Positions 28,341 through 42,939 of a stretch of 64,000 nt of DNA are shown here, in pieces. This DNA comes from the human T2T-CHM13v2.0 reference genome, Homo sapiens, in assembly GCF_009914755.1 (NCBI RefSeq), contig NC_060936.1; one strand, 5' to 3'. The translations under genes were made by a program, and so were the position numbers. The notes below the pieces were generated by a model. That model had not been told where the DNA came from. It saw nothing but the letters and a program-made list of their open reading frames with translations, and searched no databases. Position 1 is the first letter of the stretch. Every line of letters begins with the position of its first letter.

Positions 28341-29817
28341 CAATCCCACTCTGGTATATATCAAGAGAAAGAAAATCAGTCTTGAAGAGAAATCTGCACA
28401 TCCATGTTCATTGCAGCATTACTCACAATAGCCAAGATATGGAAACAACCTAAGTGTCCATCAACAGATGAACGGATAAAGAAACTGTGGTGTCTGTGTG
28501 TGTATATATACACACAAAAGAATGTTATTTAGTCTTTAAAAAAATCCTGACATTAATAATATGGATAAACCTGGAGGACAATATACTAAGTGAAATAAGA
28601 CAGAAGCAGGCAGAAAAGTACAGTCATGCACCATAAAATAACACTTCGATCAACTATGGACCACATATACAATGGTGGTCCCATAAAACTGTAATGCAGC
28701 TGAAAAATTCCTGTTACCTAGTGATGTCTTGATGACCTTGACTCTGTGTAGACCTAGGCTAATGTGTGTGTTTGTGTCTTTGTTTTAAACAAAAATGTTT
28801 AAAAAGTAAAACAACAACAAAAACAACAAAACAAAAATAGAGAAAGCTTAAAGGATATAAGGAAAGAAAACATTTTTCTACAGCTGTACAATGTATTTGC
28901 ATTTTAAGTTAAGTGTTATTGCAATACAGTCAAAAAGTTGAAAAAAGTAAAAAAATTTCTAAAGTAAAAAAGTAAGTTAAGGTTAATTTATTACTGAAGA
29001 AAAAAATGGTCTTTATAAATGTATTGCAACCTAAGTGTACAGTATTTATAAAGTATACAGTAGTGTCCTAGGCCTTCACATTCACTGATCACTCACTCAC
29101 TGACACCCACTCCTGCAATCTCCATTCATAGTAAGTGTCCTATACAAGTGAACCATATTTAAACTTTCATACCATATTTTTACTGTATCTTTTTATGCTT
29201 AGATATGTTTAGATACACAAATACTTACCATTGTGTTATAGTTGTCTACAGTATTTGGCACAGTAACATGCTGTACAGGTTGTAGCCTGGAGCGGTAGAG
29301 CTAAGTGTGTATGAGGCTGTACTATTTAGGTTTGTGTAAGTACATTCTGTGATATTTGCATGACAAAATCACCTAACAATTAATTTTTCAGAACATATCC
29401 CTATCCTTAAGCAATGCATGATCTCAGTTATATGTGGAATATTAAAAAGTTGAACTCACATTAGCAGAGAGTAGAAAGGTAGCTGGCTGCCAAGGGCTGG
29501 GGGATGGGGAAAATGGGGAGATTTTGGTCAAAGAGTACAAACGTTCAGTGATGTAGGATGAATAAGCTCTGGAGACCTAAAGTAGAATATGCTGACTGCT
29601 AATAATACCATATTGTATAATTGAAATGTGCTAAGAGAGTTGGTCTTAAGTGTTTTCACCACACACACAAAAATTATAGCTATGTGAAGTAACGATATGT
29701 TAATTAGCTTGATTGTGATTGTCACTTCACAAGGTATTTATATCAAAACATCATGTTGTAACCCTTAAATATATAAAATTTTTATTTGTAAAATATACTT
29801 CAGCAAAACTGGAAAAC
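28341..29817 (+). mobile_element. L1MA9-like 3' end, interrupted by Tigger3
   Basis: 'catgttcattgcagcattactcacaatagccaag' ... 'atgaataagctctggagaccta' ... 'cagcaaaactggaaaa'. Confidence 0.85.
28621..29421 (+). mobile_element. Tigger3-family DNA transposon
   Basis: TA|CAGTCATGCACC left TIR; 'ggaccacatatacaatggtggtccc'; right TIR 'ttaagcaatgcatga' clipped; orientation nominal. Confidence 0.88.
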
Positions 29818-30014
29818 TATAAGAATAACTACATTCTTTCTTTTAACCCATTTTACAGTGAAATTATAGTACCTTTCCTCATACAGTATATAGCATGAAT
29901 TCTTTACCCTCTTTGTTTCTAGTGAAGACTTTTAATGATTTTCCCAGTTTATGTTAAAGGTGGTCTATTACCTTAAATCACTATTCTCAGATACTGGTTG
30001 GCATTTAATATATA

Positions 30015-33000
30015 TTAAATTTTTTTCTTGAAATAATTTTAGACAAAAAAGCTTGCAAATACAGTATGGAGAATTTATGTGTACATTTCACAACCTCCCC
30101 TAATATAAGCATCTCATATAATGATAATAAAATTATCAAAACCCCAAAAGTGAGATTAGTGCAATATTATTAACTAAACTACAGTCCTTATTCAAATTCC
30201 ACCAGTTTTTCCACTAAAGCTTTTCTTCATGTTCCTAAATCCAATCCAAGATCCATATTACATTTAGTTTTAATGTCTCCTTAGTCTCCTCCAATCTGTG
30301 ATATATTTTGTCTCTCCTTGCCTTTCATGACATTGGCACTTTTGAGGAATACTGGTTAGTCCCTCATTTTTTACTAGTTTATCTTCTCCTGAATAGAATG
30401 AGAATGCATTTTTGCAGAAAACAAATTCTAATTAATGTAAAATGATAGAGGAAACTAGAAAATCATCTTTTAAATAATCATATTTATAGTTGCTGCAAAT
30501 GAGGTCCATCGAAAGATGCTACAGTTATGAGACCTGGTTATTTTTATTGCATAAAAGTGCTTAGAAACCCAAATGTGGTTGCTACGAGTGTTCAATTCTG
30601 CTGGAGTAGCAGGGTCTAGGCTTTCGCAGTTGACAGAACTAGCAAATATATGTATCCATATTAATTCAACCATATACACACTCCTATATTTCTGTATCTA
30701 TATATTTACATATTGAAAAACATGAATTCATATTAATATCATTGATTCTCATTAAATAGTGCAGTTTATTCTAGCCTGCTTCTTTGCCTTATTTGGAGGA
30801 TTTTTCCAAATGTGAAAAATTAAGTTCAATATATACAATGCATCTTCATGTATTCTCAATTCTATATATACATATTGGAGTTTCAGAATTGTTAAATCAT
30901 ATCTATGTCAAAAAACAATTTGCTAGCTGTATTTCAGTATTTCTGTAGAGGTCCTTTGTCTTTAGCTCCATAGTAGTGACTAGTAAAGATGCTATTTAGC
31001 TCCATAGTAGTATCTAGTAAAGATACTTTTTCACAAAGTAAAGTATTAGTTATTTTCTTGCTCAATGTAGTTATCCATTTATAATACAGTCAGGGTCTTT
31101 TGTTATTGCTTTTATTCCATTTTCCAGCCCCACTCTGATTTGTTCTATTTATTTTGAGGGTTTCTGAAACACTACTATGGTGGTAAGGTTGATGGCTATA
31201 TAAAAATCTACACTAGGAGAGAGGCACTCCTCCCTAATACCTACTACCTTATACCCATTCCACTCTTCTTTCCATTCTTTCCCCTCAATACCTGTAGTTA
31301 AGCAATCCTTTTCTTTTCCAGTTTATTGTTTCTGCATGTCTTTTGCATGGATGAAAAAATAAATGTGTATTTTCTCTTTCAGGAAGTATAGTTTATTGTG
31401 CTCTTTTGCACTGTTTTTTTGTTATTTTAAATTAAATTTAAAAACTTTTTTTGTTTTTTAAATTAAATTAAAATTTGTTTTAAGTAAATTAACAGTTGCA
31501 TTAGTGTGCCAGGGCTTCCATAAGTAAGTTCCACAGATTGGGAGCTTAAAAAACAGAAATGTATTGTCTTATAATTCTGGAGGCTAGAAGTCTGAAATCA
31601 AGATATTAGCAGGGACAGTTTCTTCTGAGGCTTCTATTCTTGTCTTGTGGATCGCCATCTTTTCCCCATCTCTTCACACGGTCTTCCTTGTGTATGTGTG
31701 TGTATGCAAGTCCAATCTCCCTTTCTCTATGAAGGTGTTAGTTGTATTGGATTAGGGCCTACCCTAATGATTTCATTTTAACTTAATTACTTCTTTAGAG
31801 ACCTTATCTCCAAAAACAGTCACATTCTGAGGTACTGAGGTTACAATTTCAAGAAATGAATTTCGAGATGACAAAATTCAGCCCATAACAATAGTATATT
31901 CTGGTAAGCATTCCATATTTAAGTCAATAGAAGTTACCTTCTCTCTCTCTCCTTTTCACTCTCTCTCTCTTTGTAACAGAGCCTTAGTATTCCATTTTAA
32001 GGATGTACCAACATTTATTTAGCCACATGTTAATAAATGATCAAACAGGATATTTCTGATGTTTTGCAATTACAAGAAATGCTGCAAACAATAACTTTGT
32101 GTCTATCTATTTTCATATAGATGGAGCTGTATTGCCAGTATAGAGTCCTACAAGTTAGAATGCTGAGTCAAAGAGGAAATGCATACGTAGTTTTGTTAGT
32201 CTTGACAAATTTCTGCTGAGAGTTTTACCAGTTTACATATCAAACCATTTTATATATTAGTGTATTACACTGCCTGTTTCCCCAGAGCTTCTCAAGGAGA
32301 ATTTTTTTTTGTCTTTGCTAAGTTGATATATGAGAAAAGACACTTCAGTGTTATTTCAATTTCATTTTTCTCATAATGAATAGGTTTAAAGATATTTTCT
32401 TTGGTCTGAGGGCCATTTCTATTTCTTTTTTTTTTGAATTGTCTATTCAGGTTTTCTCCACTTTTAACTGCAGTTTTTAGTTTTTTGTCATCCAACATGT
32501 AAGAGTTCTTAACATGTAAGGCATATAGCTCTGTCTGTTATATATTGCTAATGTTTATCACAAATTGTCAGGTTTTTTTTTAATTTATGCTTTTTTTTAG
32601 GCATGTACTATACACACATGCAGAGATATTCTCATCAAATTTTTTGAATTGTATTTAAGGTATAGGTAAAAAAAAAAAAAACCCTTTCCCTATCACAAAA
32701 TTAAAGAGAAATTCGCCCATTTTTTCTAATATTTACATTTTTAACTAGCAGATTCCTATTTTGAACTTATTTTAGCTAAGTGTATGAGATACAAACCTAA
32801 ATTAACTATTTCCAAATAGTTACCCAGTTGCCCCTTCCACTATTAAAACACGTAGCTTTCCCCCAGTGACTTGATGAACTATTTTATAATACACTAAATT
32901 TCCACCTATATGTTGTTTTAATTCCAGGCTTTATAATTAATTTAGTGTTCTACTTGTCTATTCATACACCAATGCCACATTGTCTTAATTATAGTGACTT

Positions 33001-33620
33001 TATAATATTTCTCAGTGTTTGGAGGAACATTTCACAATGTTCCCCTATTGTGTTCTTTTGGTTATACATTATGCTTACTTTTTCATTTATATTTCAGTAT
33101 CAACTTGTCTAATCCAGGAAAATTTTGTTGATGTTTTTATTAGGATAACGTTACCTTTGTAAATTATGGGAAACTGAAATTTTTATAATGCTGAGTCATC
33201 CCATACAAGAAAGATGAATTACTTTTCACTTTGGTATCTTTTGAGGGTGTTTTAAAATTTTCTTCTTTGGCATATTTTTGTTAGTTTATTCCTAAGTTTT
33301 TAATTTTCTTTCTTTTTTTTTTTTTGTCATTGCAAATGAGGTTTTCTCTATCATTGTGTTCTCTAACTGGTCACAGTTTGTTTGGATGAAGGCTATTGAG
33401 TTTTGTTCGTATGATACTTTTATATTTCACTCTAGTATTGAATTATTATCCTGTATGAGATATTTATCATTGATCTGAAAATATAATTTTATTTCTTCTT
33501 TTAAGTTTTTTTCTTTGAATGGCAAATACCTCTAGTACATTCTGGAATAGTAACTGAGCTAGGGGTCATCTTTACTTATTCCTAATGTGAATGGAAATAT
33601 ATAGAATGTTTGCCAATCAA
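30015..33620 (-). mobile_element. Old L1MC/ME 3' UTR and ORF2 remnants
   Basis: 'aataattttagac...cttgcaaatacagta', 'taactaaactacag', degraded antisense ORF2 to ~33600. Confidence 0.65.
31497..31890 (-). mobile_element. MLT1B-like solo LTR
   Basis: 'tgcattagtgtgccagggcttccataa...attcagcccataaca'; TSD ACAGT/ATAGT. Confidence 0.88.
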
Positions 33621-33759
33621 GTGAGATAGTACCTTCAGTCTTAGAGGCTACCTTTAGTCTACATTAATATATTTTAAAATGCACACCATTAGTTCTTTGG
33701 CTGAAATTTTCCCAGTTATCATTTGTTTAGATAAATCTCATCCTCTATCATAATTGTAA

Positions 33760-34078
33760 TAGTTGAAAAATTAGTTCTTGAGCCAATCCAGCCAACCAAT
33801 TTAAAAAGAATAATTTCTTTTTTAACATTTTATATGGTTTAAAGAATTCAAAAGAAGATTAAAATCTCATGTGAAAAATATATGAAATACTCCTTGCAAA
33901 CATATTTACGAATATAGTTTTATTGGAACAGAGTCCTTGGATTTATTTGTGTATTGTCTGTGACTACTTTGACACTGCAATGACAGAGCTGAGTAGTGGC
34001 AACAGAGACCTTATGCTCTTGAAAGGCTAAAATATTTGACAACTGATGCTTTCACAAAAGAGTTTGCCAAGACTTATG
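33760..34078. mobile_element. MER58B (hAT-Charlie)
   Basis: 'agttttattggaacag...acagagctgagtagtggcaacagagacc...gagtttgccaagac'. Confidence 0.8.
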
Positions 34079-34259
34079 TAAGTAGATTCCTCAAGAAAGG
34101 CTTATGGGTACATGTTTTTCTAGCTTTTGTTCAAAACCTTTTTTATACAACCACAAGAATTAAAGAAGAATTCAGATAGAAATCCTTGATTTACACTTTT
34201 TTTTTCACTCAATGTATTTAAACAAAATATTATCTTATTTCTTCTTCACATCTTACGGT

Positions 34260-35420
34260 TTTAAAATAAACTTTTTATTTTAGAACAAAAAAATTGTGAT
34301 GTGTAGTGAAGTCCCATGTTCTTCACACACATTTTCCACTTTCATTAATATCTGACATTAGCAAGGTTGAAATTAATGACCCAATAATGAAATAATGATA
34401 TATTTTTATTAAAGTCAACATATTTTTCAAGTTTCTTAGATTTGTCTACTGTCCTTTTACTATTCCAGGATGCCATCCAGGGTGCCACACTACATTTAGC
34501 AGTCATATCCTTGGCTCTTCTTAACTGGGGCAATTTCTCATTACTTTCCTTATTTTGATGAATGGAAAGCCTTAAGTTGGGATTTTTCTGATGTTTCCTC
34601 TATATTGGGTTGAAGTTAGATGTTTTGGAGAGAAAGATCACGGAGGTAAAGTGTCAGCTACATCATATCCTATCAAGATTACTTATTATCAACATGATGT
34701 ATTTCTGTTGATGCAAAGCTTGAGCATCTGTCTAAGGCAGATGTCATGTTTCTCTAACATAAACTTATTAGTGTTTTTCTCACCCTTTCATATTGAACTC
34801 TCTGAAGGAATTTACTATGTGTAGTCTGCATTTAAGGAGTGGGGAGTTATGTACCTCATGGGGGGAATTATCTACATAAATTATTTGAAATTTTTCTGAA
34901 TAGGAAATTTGTCTATTTTTCCCTATTTATTTAGTCTATGATTTATGTATATTGGTATAGACTCATGGACATGGATTTTATACTTTGGGTTATATTCCAA
35001 TGTTATTTCATTTATTTTGTTCCTTAAATTATTCTAGCTTTGGCCATTGAGAACTCTTTCAGTTGGCTCCTGTATCTCTGTGACATCATTGTGAGATGTT
35101 TTTGTTTGTTACTTTGCTTTGAGCACTTACTTACTTTCTGCTACTAAAAAATGCTCCAGGCTCATCTTGTATAATGCTGCCCCAGTGACGGAATCACTTA
35201 TTTCACCAAGGAGCCTTGGGAAAGGCTTTTATGGGAAAATGATTGATAGCAGAAACCAGCATCGGAATATGAGATACACTCATTTATGCCAGGATGTGAT
35301 TACTTCTAAACCCTCTGTGTCCATATTAAGCTAAACAAAGTTTCATAGTAATGTCTCCAACTGTAATCTATTAGCAGATGGATAATGCTAGTGTCCTTCC
35401 CTGGTTTATCTGTAAATAGA
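34260..35420 (-). mobile_element. L1MC1-3-like 3' UTR
   Basis: 'ccaggatgccatccagggtgccacactacatttagc', 'gaaagatcacggaggtaaagtg', 'aatgctccaggctcatcttgtat'. Confidence 0.75.
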
Positions 35421-35429
35421 CCTTTAGTG

Positions 35430-36050
35430 TTAAGTGTTATGTTTATGAGGCTAGTATTTGAGGTATGTTTAATGTTTGCTGTAGCTCTAGGTGTCAGAGA
35501 CTTCATCTTACTGCAACATCCTTGTTTTTGCCTCTATTTTGTTTTTGGGTTTCTCAAAGCACTGTTCTTCAGAAAGGGACTGTCTCTTGCAACTCTTTCA
35601 GCTGTAATTCACTGTTATTATACTGGATTTTTGTTGGTATGGTGGTGAGAACTGGGAGAGGATCTTTCTTGGATCTTCACAATGAGAACTTGATGGAGTT
35701 TCTTTACCAAAACCCCACAAAAATATGGAGGTTTTGCTATGATTGTGGCCCACAGAAGTTTCCCATTCTCCAGCTAATCCACACTCAGTCACCATTAATT
35801 CATTGAAGTTACTATTTACGTGTTCCTATCAATTTATGGCTTCATCAGCTTCTGCCCCAAGTAGATCTCATCTACATCTGTCTAGATTTGCCCATCTTTC
35901 ATCATGCAGGTGTGGTACTTTGTTCTGCAACATCACTTCTCCACTGGGTTCAAGAAGTCACTGATTTTCAATTTGTTCAGTTTTTTCTTGTTGTAAGGCC
36001 TGGAGTATTTACTTCTAAGAAATGCCTATGTTGTGCTGAAGCAAGAAGTC
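35430..36050 (-). mobile_element. L1MD-like 5' region
   Basis: 'tgggttcaagaagtcactgattttcaatttgttcagttttttcttgttgtaagg' recalled as an L1MD 5' end. Confidence 0.5.
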
Positions 36051-36089
36051 CTGTAAGTCTATTTGAAAAGCTTTAAGCCATTACATCTA

Positions 36090-37200
36090 ATTCTTTTGCC
36101 TTTGTTAATTACATAAACTGTTTGCCTTCAGGCTTAGAAGATATATTATTTATTTTTGAAATCTAAAAGTTTTACTAGGCTATATCTCAGAGTTGATTAA
36201 TTGAAGTTGATTTTGTTAGGTATCCATTCATTGAGGCTTTTTAATGTTAAATTTAGCTCTTTTCTATTTCCATAAAATTTTCTGATTGTAGTTTTAAATA
36301 ATAGCTGTATTAAATTGTTTTGTTTTAGCTCTTAGGTACTGTGATACTGCAATTATTCTTCTTTGCATTTTCACTATTTCCAATATCATTCCAACATTTC
36401 TACTCCTTTCTTTCTGATCATTTTTCACTTCTTTCTTTATGCTAGTTTCTTTATTTGGCTATTTTCCTTTCTTTATAAAATGGCTTTATTAAATTATCAT
36501 TTCAGTCTTTTCCACTTTAAACTTCTCATTTATTATTTACATCTGATTTTTTTAAGCTTTGTGCTAAATTCATTCAAATATTTTTCTATGATTTTTGTTC
36601 ATTTCTGCTTGTAATTTGTAAGTTTCTGAATCAAAGTGATTTCATATAATTAAATGCTTGTGCAAGTATATTTAATTTTCTTTGGACTGCTGACTTAAAT
36701 TTTTCCTGCTTCATTGATTTTTTGAGGGAGAACAAGAGGATCTCCCTTAATTGAAATGGTGAAATTCCCCAGTTGCATGAAATGTTATTTCCTGAATTCC
36801 TGCAATTACTTTGTGTTAGTTTGGCTTTCCCGTTCATTTTTATCATTTTTATGCATTTTACAAGAATCCTAGTTTAATGATGCCCTCTTCTGTCAGTACA
36901 GGTATTCTGTCAGCGTAAGTACCACAGGTAGTTTCGTGGGATCATTTTGGTTGGTTGGTTGGATTTTGGTGGAAATGTAGTTGTGAGTCTTCTGATTTCA
37001 TGGATTTGTTTATTGTCTTGGAGATTCTAAAATGTTCCTTATTTCTTCTTGTTTCTTTCACTACTTCAATGCCAAAGGGTGCTTCTCCCTTCTTTTGTAT
37101 GTTCTCCACCCCAGCGGCTTCCAGCTAGACAGCTAGAATGTACGCATAACAATGTCTAGCTTTTAAATTTTACCTGGCTCATTAAACTGTGCCCTTGTCT
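36090..37200 (-). mobile_element. HAL1/L1ME ORF1-like remnant
   Basis: T-rich antisense ORF1-like sequence; related piece at 34085-34250. Confidence 0.45.
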
Positions 37201-37234
37201 TTAAAGCATACGTACTCCTTTCGAATCAAATGCC

Positions 37235-37442
<208 letters not shown>

Positions 37443-38619
37443 AAATCAAATGTACTTTGAGGTTTATTCCCTGTGGTTTATAATCTAATCTGCATGGATA
37501 CATTTTTAGCATTTTTAGCCTTAATCTTTCTGGTGGCACTTTCTAATGAAACTGGGGCCCCTTTACTAACTTTCCTCTTTTGCTCTCTTCCTGCACTCTT
37601 TTTAAAATTTTGTTTTTTTGTTGTTTAATTCTTTTGTATTATTGTTTACTTTTTGTTTTTGTTACTTTTTAAACTTCCCTTGATGGAACACAGAAAGACT
37701 TGTAGCAGCAACAAATTGGGTTGGGAATACAAGTTCATGTACAGGGATTTGGTGTTTTTCTCCTTTTATTCACAGTTAATTAGAAATTTGTCATTCTCTT
37801 TCTTTAAGTCATTTTGAGCGCAAGTTCCTGTAGATTTATCTTTTTCTTTTGTTGTTTGGTATTGTTCTTGGAGGCAATATTAGTAGACAGGGAACAAGGC
37901 TGCCATTACTGTCTACCTCCATTGGTTTTAATTTTTATATAATTTACATTAAAATTATATGAATTATGTAAAAATTAAAATGTTGATTATTCTGTATTCA
38001 CCTACTTCCATGAGATTTTAATTAATGCAAAGGATTCTCACTTTTTAAAAAGTAATGTTGAAAATATTTAGAGCCACATAGGGGATATCCAATTAAGAAA
38101 AGCATTTGAGAAGCAACTTAATATTCCTATAACACTTCCACTCATCAAAATATTCTGACACTAACTGGAAGTGTTTTCAGAACTAGCCTCTAGCCCAGAT
38201 TTTAAAATATTCTCAATCTTTTCAGCTATGCATTATTTTTGGCCCTCAATAATAATACTCTGATTGAGCTTAGTATTATCTTAATAATATTTGGCTTTAT
38301 CATAAAATTGAATTGAATCTCAAAGGGTAAAATTTTTATATTCTTCAGCTCATTTATTGAATTATTTTTCTGGTAGAGAAGACGATTTTAATAGCCTAAT
38401 TAAAATATTTTAGAAAAGCAAGAAGATTATTTTGAAAGAGAAAATACTAATTTAGAGGCATAATGTTAGTGCTTTAGCTTAGATAAAGCTCTCCTTATCT
38501 TACAGTTTCAGTTCTCCTGTGTATAGCAGGCCTGTGTTGAATATCCATGAACAGAGTAAAGGTTTAGATTTTAATTTCTTATGATTTCTTTCTAATTTGC
38601 TCTAGAGATATGTCTCTTG

Positions 38620-38822
38620 AGAGTGGCCATAAGTTCTAGCCCAGTCCTGACCAGGAGGAAAGTTAAGTTCAGCTGTGTGTGTCTGGTGAGACACAATGAA
38701 AAATTGAAATCAAAATGCATGAATCAGAAGAAATTTATTATTCACAGGTCCCAAACAGGTTAGTGGTGCTGATCAGAGTCCAGTGGGAAGTCAGAGGTGG
38801 CAGGGAGCTCAACCAGCAGGTG

Positions 38823-38864
<42 letters not shown>

Positions 38865-39219
38865 AAAAAAAAAAACCTGTAAGATTAATCTTTTATTACC
38901 ATTCATGGGCATTATCCCTTAGGTTTTTCCAAGGGGGTTGGTGGATTGGCTAGTTTAAAGAAAACACTACTGAAGAGAGAATCTTATTTACATCACTCTT
39001 GTGTTAACCATTAAGTTTTATCATGATCAGCATCTGTGGGGTATGCTGGGTTTGGCTCAGCGAGATAAGAAATAAGGGGACAATATCACAAACCACCACA
39101 CAAGGAGGGGAAGTTTTAACTAGGCCAAAAGTGACCAAAAACAGCAAAGTTTCAGGAAATTTATGTGAGGCCTAAAGATGGATGCCAAAGCAGCAAATAT
39201 ATTAAACAAACTCATAACA
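38620..39219 (-). mobile_element. ERVL-class solo LTR (LTR53/MER76-like; family uncertain) containing (GA)n at 38829-38860
   Basis: Reverse strand begins TGTTATGAGTTTGTTTAATATATTTGCTGC and has CCAAT ('ggattggctag') and AATAAA-like signals. Confidence 0.65.
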
Positions 39220-41689
39220 GTAACATACCAAATTCATCCTTTTATTTCATTTTATACTTCAAATAATAAATGGACACCAGCCAGTTATTGTAATTTTAGT
39301 TAAATTTCATAGTGCATTTATAAGTGTTTTACTATTATATTTGGAACATATTTTAAATATAAAATTGTATTTTCTCAAAGATATATTTCTTAAAAATCTC
39401 ATTTACATTGGTACTATGGATAACCACAATATTTTTAATATTTCTAAGTTAGACATTTCCCAATGTCTGTTTATGGTTTATAATTTTTAACATTGTGTTT
39501 TCATGAGAATCTTTAGCAAGCCATTTAAGTATCTCCTCTCATTCATGTTGCTTAATCTGAAATAAATATATAGTGTTCTTTTCTTGTTGTGCATTTGTGC
39601 TGCTATAATATTTGATAGTTCTCTTTGACATAAAATAATGAAAAATAGTCAATACAAAAAGGTGCAATGGCAAACAAAATATATGTCTTCTCTGTTTATG
39701 ATTTCTCATTGTATTTTATCATTTTCATTCAATTTTTATGAGAAAAGATATTAATTTTGAGTCTTCCTCAAGTGTCAAATATTTTAAATAAGCTCATTCT
39801 TCATATTTTCTACTATAATACAATTTTCCACTGTTCTTAAGTACAAAACTCTTTATATTCATTCAAAATGAAGATTTAAATTAAAGAAAGTAATTTCTGT
39901 CTCTGATCATTTACCTTGTGTTTGGTCTTTCAAATCCCCATGTGGTGCAAAATAATATGTATCTCGTTGAGAACAGAGAAGAAGATAACATTCTACTATT
40001 CAGATGAAACAAAGAGAAAGATTTGCTCATTTTAGAATACTTAGTATGAAACTTTATGGATCTGAGAAATTTATTTTTTACAATAAGGGTTATACTCTTA
40101 CATATTGAGAAAAACTAATACATTGGTTATTGATATATATTGATCACTTTTTAATTGGTGGTTATAATCATTGGGTTAATAATAATATTAATCATTGGGT
40201 TATAATAATAATAAATCATGAACCTTGGCACTTTAGAATAGCCTAAGACTTGAAGCTTATTTAGTAATGAGTTTGTATGTTAGTCAAGTGAGGTATGCGA
40301 CATTATAAAAGCTTAGCAGATGTTTTCAGAGATTAAACTATATGAATAACTTTTCTTATTCTTCATCCTTCTTTTGATTTGACCAATATATCAACTACAC
40401 TCATAATATTTTTTTCATGTAAACCAGAAGATATTCCATATTATTTTAGAAAGCCACTTTCTTAAGGCTTTATTGTCACAAATTATGTTGGTTTCCATCA
40501 AATCTCATGGTATTATTTGCTCAGAAAAATAATCTTGTTAATTTAATAGACAGTTTCTAGTTTCACACTGATAGATGATCATTACCCTAATTAGATCCAA
40601 CTAACTGTAGTTTAAACATAATCTCAAGTGTAATGTTCTTTTTATTTATAAAAAAATGTAAAATCTAATTACTTTTGAAAATTTATGTGTTATATAAAGG
40701 TCTTGGAATATGAATTCAGTTGTTTTTCTTTCCTGAACTTCAATTTGACAACCACATGTTTTATGAGACCGTTGGAAGATGTTTACAGTTAATAGATCCC
40801 TCACTAGAAATACTTTCACATTAGCTACAGCCTTATACATGATAGATGTGGAATAATTTCTTTTCAGAGGGAATTTCAAGGATTTCCAAAATTGTTCATT
40901 TCTCAAAATGTTGCAGAGTTATTTAGGAAAAGATGTAAACTTTTCTAAGGAAACTTTGGTAAAGTTTCTGGTAAAGCTTTTGATAAAGAAACTTTGGTAA
41001 AAAGAAACTTTTGTTGTGTGTGAGAGAGAGAAAGAGAGAGAGGAAAAAAGCCTAGATCAGATGGATCACCAATTTCCTCACTCCCTGACACAAGATATGT
41101 TTCTTGAAATACCTTTAAGAATTGAATGCACTAAAATAGTGCTGGATTTAGAAAAGTAGATGTGGTTTTAGAGAGATACTGTTTTATAATCTTGAAAGAA
41201 TGATATTTTCACTTGTTTATAAAAATTCTGCAGATTAATCCATTACACCAGACTTGAATGTGTAGACATGGTCTGAGCTTTCCTTTTTGAAAGGTAATTC
41301 ACTTTGAAGTAAATATCTGTAACAACATTCAAATAAATCTTTTGTATTCAATTAGCAAATTCATAGATAATTATAATATAGAGATGATTCTAACATACGG
41401 GTGAGGGAGAGGAAGTAACTGTAGGCCATTTTCTGTCTTTGAAAAACCCATTGCTATTAAACTGTTGTTCTAGTTTCACCACTTCTTTTAGGTATCATTT
41501 ATATAGTAGCTCTGATTTTGTAAATAGAAGTACAGCTAGTTCCAAGTAAGTATAAGTGGCCTGAAAGGGTGTTCATAAAACACAAGCTGGAAAATTTGAC
41601 ATTTGATATTATTACAATCTCTTCATAGAAAAAAAAATTACCTTTGATTTGTGACCTTCTCTCAGTACCTTAAGAACTTCTTACATAAG

Positions 41690-41860
41690 AAGATCCTAGG
41701 TTTCTGAAGGTGCCATGTACAAGCAGTGCAGGGAATATTTTGGAGCTTACTAGAAATGCAAAATCTCAGGATTCTCCCTGAAACTACTGAATTAAAATAA
41801 GCTTTTAAATTAAATCTTAGGAAAATCAAAGGCACACAGAATTTATAAGAACCATGGCCC
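41690..41860. mobile_element. MER5A
   Basis: 'ggagcttactagaaatgcaaaatctcagg...ctactgaatta...agaaccatggcccta'. Confidence 0.7.
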
Positions 41861-42939
41861 TAGAATATAGTGCTATCTAGGAAAGATGAAATTTACCCAT
41901 CAGATTTAGTGCAAAGGATGACCTTGGTTTTACTAAACTATTTTTCTCTCGGCTATTGTACAATATGATCCCAAATCATAATTTTTCTTAAGCAATTAGA
42001 CATAAAGTTTGAATTTTTTTTGTTACATTTGATTGAGTAACTAATGAAAATATCATTTCTGATTTTACAAAAGAGACATTGCTGCTATTTACTTCAATTG
42101 TATGACTAAATAAAAATTATAGTCATGGACTTAAACTGTGAGGGTTCTCTCAGAGATAATATGTCAATAATTCTCCAGATAATTCTAGAAAACTCTCAAG
42201 GTGAAGGTTTGCTGAAATTAAGTGACTTCTTAGTGAAAGGTATTGCAGTATTTGCAGCACGTATATTTCAGGTTAGCAAGATGATAAATATATACCCTGT
42301 GCTTTAAACAGCACAGTATTAAAATATTCAAGTACAACAAGAATGAATAGAAAAATAAAGAGGAAAAAGATCCCACAATAAATGAGCAGATTTGTGCTAT
42401 TTTATTTCTTTTGCAAGCTGTGAAAATCCCTGCTGAGAATGCCATAATTTCTTACAGATTGTCATTTCCTTTGGATATTATTACATGCAGTAAGTTAACT
42501 GGAGCTAATATAGTTCCAGGAGATGTAGTGAAGACTTAGAAGTACAAAGCCTTTTATCAATGTAAAAAACATCCTGATTAGTAGTAACTGGTTATCCTCT
42601 GAAGCTGTTTCCATGAACAACCCTGCCTACACAGAGCCTGATAGGCAGGACTGCCAGTAAAAACTGTCCAAAGAACTATTGCCAAGATGTCTGCTTCTTC
42701 CTGGAAATGCCTCCTGACTCATTGCATGAATACCTAATACACATGGTGACTACACATGAACAGTGATACAAGAGGAAAAATATGATTTACCAAGCAAAGA
42801 ATTTAAAAAGGCACCAAGAGGTCACATGTCATACAGATATATGATACATATGGGCTCGTGCATAAGACAAACTCTGCCATTAACCAGCGATGTGTGGTTC
42901 TTTGGGCTTCAGTTATCTTATGAGGAGCTTAGAGTGCAT

